64,000 nt of DNA from Fidelibacterota bacterium. GTDB lineage: Bacteria > Fidelibacterota > UBA8477 > JABMPR01. The notes under the pieces were generated by a model. The model was not told the DNA's origin and ran no database searches. It saw only the letters and a list, made by a program, of their open reading frames with translations. The stretch lies in assembly GCA_016844955.1 (NCBI GenBank), contig JAERTH010000039.1:4874-68873 (forward strand), in the 5' to 3' direction. This document shows, one piece after another, positions 59,414-64,000 of the stretch (within the stretch, counting starts at the first letter, position 1; every line of letters begins with the position of its first letter). A program made the position numbers and the translations under genes.

Positions 59414-60516
59414 TAGATTCCTTCCAGGGATACTGGCACATTTAATGTCACCACTGTCCCACTGCCGTTGCTGGATTGAATATCCAGAATACCTCCAAGA
59501 TACTCTATTCGTTCTTTTATACTAAACAATCCAAAACTGCCGGTCTTGCGTTTCTGTGGTTTTAAAATACTGGTGTCAAAACCTTTGCCATTGTCCTGGA
59601 TTTTCAACATGAAAGAATACCTCGTAGCCTGAGCTGTAATCAGGACTATACTGGCTTCGGCATGTTTGATGATATTTTTCAGCACTTCATCGACCGATCT
59701 AAACAGAATAACTTCCTGCTCATTGCGCAGTTGAATGGTATCCACATTGTGGTCGTAGGAAGTCTTGATATCGGTCTGCTCATGGAATTTTTCCAGACGC
59801 CATTCCAGGGCTTCGATTAATCCCAATTCATGTAGTACTGGCGGACTCAGTTCATAGGTAATGGAGCGGGTCTGTTTGACCGCATCGCTGATATCTGTTT
59901 CAATGGCCTTGAGCTTGATTCGAAGATCTTCATCCTCAATGATATTCAGAACACCGGCCATCTTAATTTTGGCCATGGCCAGACTCTGACCGAGGTGATC
60001 ATGGAGTACAATGGCCAGATTCCTCCGCTGGGCTTCTTCTGCCAGAATGAGATCCGAGGACAGCCGCTTGAGCATATCCTGATATTCCCAGATTTCAGCT
60101 TCTACTTTTTTTCGCTCTGATATATCGTGAGCTGTGACCTGCACTGCTGGTGAACCTTGATACTGAATTGAAATGGCAGAAACTTCCACTGGCAGGAGTT
60201 TGCCATCCTTGCGCATATAGACATCCTCAATGGAAAACAATTCCTCGCTCGCACTGAGCATCGTGGCTTCCATTTCACGTGAAATTTCCCGGCGGGCAGG
60301 TTCAACCAGGTCCGTGGCTGACCGGCCCAACAAGTCAGCTGGATTTTTGTAACCCAGCATTTCCATCAATTTAAGATTTACATAAACGATGTTCCCATCT
60401 ACGTGAATGGCAATGCCTTCACGGGCCAGATCAATAATCCGGTGATAATTTTCTTCACCTTCTGTCAGGTTCTGATGCAACTTTTGACTGCGAGCGCTGA
60501 TACGGGTCTTCCTCAT
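59413..60516 (-). CDS. Cytoplasmic PAS sensor histidine kinase (HisKA_3)
   Basis: PAS (VYVN...LGY...DISERK), LHDHLGQ H-box, NIIKHA, DNGKGFD, GLFSIKER; no TM segment. Confidence 0.93.
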   Translation of the reverse strand: MRKTRISARSQKLHQNLTEGEENYHRIIDLAREGIAIHVDGNIVYVNLKLMEMLGYKNPADLLGRSATDLVEPARREISREMEATMLSASEELFSIEDVYMRKDGKLLPVEVSAISIQYQGSPAVQVTAHDISERKKVEAEIWEYQDMLKRLSSDLILAEEAQRRNLAIVLHDHLGQSLAMAKIKMAGVLNIIEDEDLRIKLKAIETDISDAVKQTRSITYELSPPVLHELGLIEALEWRLEKFHEQTDIKTSYDHNVDTIQLRNEQEVILFRSVDEVLKNIIKHAEASIVLITAQATRYSFMLKIQDNGKGFDTSILKPQKRKTGSFGLFSIKERIEYLGGILDIQSSNGSGTVVTLNVPVSLEGI

Positions 60517-60787
60517 TTCTTTACAATATAATTAACGGCTTAAAAGATAATGTCTTTAGGCTGATAAAAATTATAATTACTGACTGCCACCTTAGAAAAT
60601 TTGCTTTTTTGCAATTCACTTTAACCCGATTATCTTCTTCAAACATTCACAAGACCCAGAATTTGAGCACAACCTTAATTTCGTGGATTCTAATTACGAG
60701 CAAGTGCTTGTTTGAACATTTCATATCTTGAGTTACATCGGCGAACTGGGTCAAAAAGAGTGATCATTTAACAGAAAGGAAGTACAG

Positions 60788-61273
60788 ATGAAAAAGTTGC
60801 TACTTATCCTACCCTTAATTATTCTATTCTTTTTGGGATGTGAGGAAGACCCAACCATTGATGAGATCTTTACAGGTACATGGAAGGTTTCAAATATGGG
60901 GTTGTACGCCAACGACGATTGTTCCGGTGCGCTTGACTATACAGAATTTGGAATGATGCAGAGCTATGGCTTCACCATGACTTTTGTTTTCCATGATGAT
61001 GGCACGATTGACATGACCATGGCAGGGATGGGTGAGACTGATACGGAGTCAGGTGTCTGGACAGCTACAGAAGATGAGCTGTGCATCGATGGGGATTGTA
61101 TAGATTACACACTGTCCGATGGTGACAAAACCCTGGAATTTGAAGATTTAATAGAAGCCAGCTGTGAAGATGAAAATTATGTTGAGTACGATCTGGATCA
61201 AATGGAGTGCGAGGATTCAGGCTATTATTGGAGTGACCCCGCTTGCATTGCCATGACATTGACCAAACAATGA
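60788..61273 (+). CDS. Acidic Cys-rich lipoprotein, lipocalin-like
   Basis: AGAAAGGAA RBS; lipobox FLGC; GTWKVS and GVWT lipocalin-like motifs. Confidence 0.75.
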   Translation: MKKLLLILPLIILFFLGCEEDPTIDEIFTGTWKVSNMGLYANDDCSGALDYTEFGMMQSYGFTMTFVFHDDGTIDMTMAGMGETDTESGVWTATEDELCIDGDCIDYTLSDGDKTLEFEDLIEASCEDENYVEYDLDQMECEDSGYYWSDPACIAMTLTKQ

Positions 61274-61297
61274 GATTGATTTAACGCTGAACAGTTG

Positions 61298-61329
61298 AAG
61301 GGTAGATTCTTAGCGACTCTACCCTTTTT
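61298..61329 (+). terminator. Intrinsic terminator between convergent genes
   Basis: AAGGGTAGA...TCTACCCTT followed by TTT. Confidence 0.75.
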
Positions 61330-61404
61330 GTTTAACACTTAAGGTTTCTGCTTTCTGAGCAAGGGACAGCAACCAAAGTTTTTCGTCAAAACTAATGTCA
61401 AGGT

Positions 61405-63393
61405 TTAGGCATTTAACCTGCCGGCAACTTCTGTTAACTGTTTGCCAGTATCATTGATCAGGGTGGTTGAGCTGGTTAAGTCCTTCCCTGAATTTTCAAT
61501 ACTCTTGATATCTGTATTCACAGTAGAGATGTTGGATGCAACATCGCGAGCTACCTGAGCGGCCTGGCTAACATTGTTGACGATGTCCGTCATACCGCCA
61601 GTGGCCAGACCAATGTTTCCGGCAATGTCCTGTGTGGTCACATTCTGTTCTTCCACAGCTGTGGCTATGGTGTTTACAATTGTGTTCACCTTCTCGATAA
61701 CATCGGTAATTGAAGCAATCTCTTTGACCGTTTCGTTGGTCCCCCCCTGAATGGCTTCTATTTTTTGGCTAATATCAGCGGTGGCATCGTTGGTTTGTTT
61801 GGCCAGTTCCTTGACCTCATTGGCAACGACTGCAAACCCTTTCCCCGCTTCACCGGCTCGCGCAGCTTCGATGGTCGCATTCAGAGCCAGGAGTTTTGTC
61901 TGCTCAGCAATTTCCATGATGGTGTCTGTCACTTTGCTGATTTCCTTAGCTGCTGAACCCAACTGATCTACTTTTGAAGAAGCGGTTGCAACATTTTCTA
62001 CGGCCTCAGCAGTGACTTCACGTGCCTGCTCAGCATTTTGAGCAATCTCACTCACAGTACTGGTCATTTCCTCGGTTGCACCTGCCACCGAATTCATGTT
62101 GTCCTGTGAGGTTTGGGAGGCCTGAGCGATGGTATCCATATTGGTGCTCATCTCTTCCGAGGCAACGGCTACCATATTGGACATATCAGCGATGCTGGTA
62201 GACTTTTCGGCAATTTCAGATGAGATTGAACTCAGCTGTGTCCCAGCAGCACTCAAATCAACTGTACTGCTCTGAACCTGGGACTGAATTTCTTTTTGTT
62301 CATTTTCAGCTATCTCAAGTTTTTCTACGAAGGCGTCGAACCATTTGGATAATTCTCCCAATTCGTCCTTTGTCCCAATATTCAAACGAACAGATAAATC
62401 ACCCTCGCCCTGGGCAATGTCCTTCATTAAACTGATCATCATTTTTATGGGGGCGGATATTAATGTTGTGACTAACCAGATCAGTAGTCCTGCCAGTAAT
62501 ACTACACTTGGTGTCAGTGTGAGCACCAGATTTCTGAAGCGCGCGATTGGAGCCATAAACTCATCTACAGATACGCGAATTGCCAAAATCCATTTTGTTC
62601 CGGGGTGGGTCTTATACTGTACCAGAACATCTCCCCCCTTCCACTCATACTCATAGCTTCCATTTTCAGAGGATTTCATATGTTGAAAAAACTCTGTAGA
62701 AGCAATGTTAAGATCCATAACCTTGGACAAATCAGGATAACCCAGAATCATGCCTGACTGGTCAACGATGTAGAGGTAACCTGTCTCACCAAAAGATGCA
62801 TGGGTGATGTAGGATTCGGAGTACTCATTTAACTCAAGGGGGGTACCCAGAATTCCTACGATGCGACCATTTGCATATATGGGGGTGGTGATTAATACGA
62901 TGGGTCTACCACTCACTGGAGATACAGTGGCGTTGCTAGTCCATACTTTCCCCTTTTGAGCCATCTGTACATTTTTGGCAAAATTATCATCAAGGGATAA
63001 GTCAATATTCACTACTTCGGCATCGACCCCGTGTAGCAGAAATATTTCACCATCGGGTCGAGCCAGAAAGATATTCTCATAAACCACGCTATTTTGCATG
63101 TAATCGTTGATCAGTGTTTTGGCTTGGTCCTGGTTGGTATTCTGACATGCTTCACTGAAGGTTGGGTTGTGACTGAATCTAATGGCTGCTTGCTCATGAT
63201 CCTCAAGCCAGTTATCGAGTGCGATATAGGTTTTATCGAGAACATCTGCCAATCGTTCTTCTTGTGCTGAATATGCATAGCTACTGTACTGGGTGATACC
63301 CACCCAATCAAAGATGGCCAATGCCGCAATAAAAAGAGGAATCATCGTGTATAGGATTTTTTTCATCATACTTAAATTCTGAAAATAGTTCAT
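61405..63393 (-). CDS. Methyl-accepting chemotaxis protein (TM-Cache-TM-HAMP-MA)
   Basis: Two TM helices, Cache-like periplasmic domain, HAMP (GDLSVRL...DELGEL), [34 protein letters not shown]. Confidence 0.96.
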   Translation of the reverse strand: MNYFQNLSMMKKILYTMIPLFIAALAIFDWVGITQYSSYAYSAQEERLADVLDKTYIALDNWLEDHEQAAIRFSHNPTFSEACQNTNQDQAKTLINDYMQNSVVYENIFLARPDGEIFLLHGVDAEVVNIDLSLDDNFAKNVQMAQKGKVWTSNATVSPVSGRPIVLITTPIYANGRIVGILGTPLELNEYSESYITHASFGETGYLYIVDQSGMILGYPDLSKVMDLNIASTEFFQHMKSSENGSYEYEWKGGDVLVQYKTHPGTKWILAIRVSVDEFMAPIARFRNLVLTLTPSVVLLAGLLIWLVTTLISAPIKMMISLMKDIAQGEGDLSVRLNIGTKDELGELSKWFDAFVEKLEIAENEQKEIQSQVQSSTVDLSAAGTQLSSISSEIAEKSTSIADMSNMVAVASEEMSTNMDTIAQASQTSQDNMNSVAGATEEMTSTVSEIAQNAEQAREVTAEAVENVATASSKVDQLGSAAKEISKVTDTIMEIAEQTKLLALNATIEAARAGEAGKGFAVVANEVKELAKQTNDATADISQKIEAIQGGTNETVKEIASITDVIEKVNTIVNTIATAVEEQNVTTQDIAGNIGLATGGMTDIVNNVSQAAQVARDVASNISTVNTDIKSIENSGKDLTSSTTLINDTGKQLTEVAGRLNA

Positions 63394-63827
63394 TTGCTTT
63401 TTCCTTTCATTGTTTGCTCGACATTAGCTTTAGGGTGCGTGCAGTCCAGTTCATCCACTAACTCGAACAAGGCGTCAATGGATGACACGTGAATTTTTTT
63501 ACCTGCATTGATAATGCTAATTTTGGGAGGGCTGCTTGCCAGGTCCATAGCAAATAGGAGTCTCCGAAAATGAGGTCCGGTTAGATGGACTTTAAGCGGT
63601 TTGACTGACTTCCATATCTCGATAAAATTTTGAACGGCCGGATTGTCTTCATGATGACCAGAAACGCAATCCAGACAACCATGCTGAGCCTTTATGGGTT
63701 CAATCAATCCATCAATGATATCCAGGTAAGCCGTCTTGAAGGTTTCACTGAGGCTCGATTCAATAAAAAGCCCAATACCAGACCCTTCGAGGATGGAGAA
63801 TTGCTTTTGATAATTCGTCATGTTCAT
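63390..63827 (-). CDS. Small ABM/ferredoxin-like fold hypothetical protein
   Basis: GCLDC...EIW.S...L..HL.GPHF pattern resembles antibiotic-biosynthesis-monooxygenase domains; ATGA overlap with the MCP. Confidence 0.55.
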   Translation of the reverse strand: MNMTNYQKQFSILEGSGIGLFIESSLSETFKTAYLDIIDGLIEPIKAQHGCLDCVSGHHEDNPAVQNFIEIWKSVKPLKVHLTGPHFRRLLFAMDLASSPPKISIINAGKKIHVSSIDALFELVDELDCTHPKANVEQTMKGKSK

Positions 63828-63952
63828 GGCCTGTAGTATCTCAAATCACATGCCAATAGCACTTTTCCCAGTCAGCAGGTATTTTTACACCATTAAATAC
63901 AATAACTTAGACAGCCCATACAAAACTAGTATATTTCTGCGAGTCGGTCACC

Positions 63953-63993
63953 AAGCAACGATATATCGTTGGATCAACGATATATCGTTGCTT
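63953..63993. promoter_or_regulatory. Tandem 16-bp palindromes forming a 41-bp inverted repeat; candidate double operator
   Basis: AAG-CAACGATATATCGTTG-GAT-CAACGATATATCGTTG-CTT. Confidence 0.7.
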
Positions 63994-64000
63994 GCCCAAA

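Overview
Mostly housekeeping chromosomal DNA from a Gram-negative bacterium. The T9SS-type C-terminal sorting domain, GWxTD protein, cohesin-like lipoprotein and overall gene style suggest the FCB superphylum, possibly a Marinisomatota/Calditrichota-like lineage; this is inference, not a database result. I support 59 CDS and one tRNA-Leu(GAG). These include a partial cmk at the left edge that the ORF track missed, trpS-scpA-scpB-rluB, a classical menFDHBACE cluster, tandem gltX-glnS, uvrC, DUF1611-epimerase-dacB-mce, trkAH, recN, nnr-acpS, fba-pgk-tpiA-secG, smc, folB-folK-dNK, a PAS/NarL two-component pair and an MCP. I see no rRNA, CRISPR-cas, integrase or transposase. The main unexplained signal is non-coding: three distant intergenic regions (about 22.9-23.2, 43.1-43.3 and 58.4-58.8 kb) share a REP-like hairpin core (TGAG...CGAA) set among strand-biased 7-9 bp tandem repeats, with no mobilising gene in view. 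Other leads are a nested 41-bp double palindrome at the right edge, an apparently non-cleavable cI/LexA-like repressor beside the tRNA, an uncharacterised 569-aa Rossmann protein inside the scpAB-rluB-cmk run, a DgcN/DgcA-like pair beside dacB, and a GltX with an unusual insertion. None is demonstrated to be a new system.
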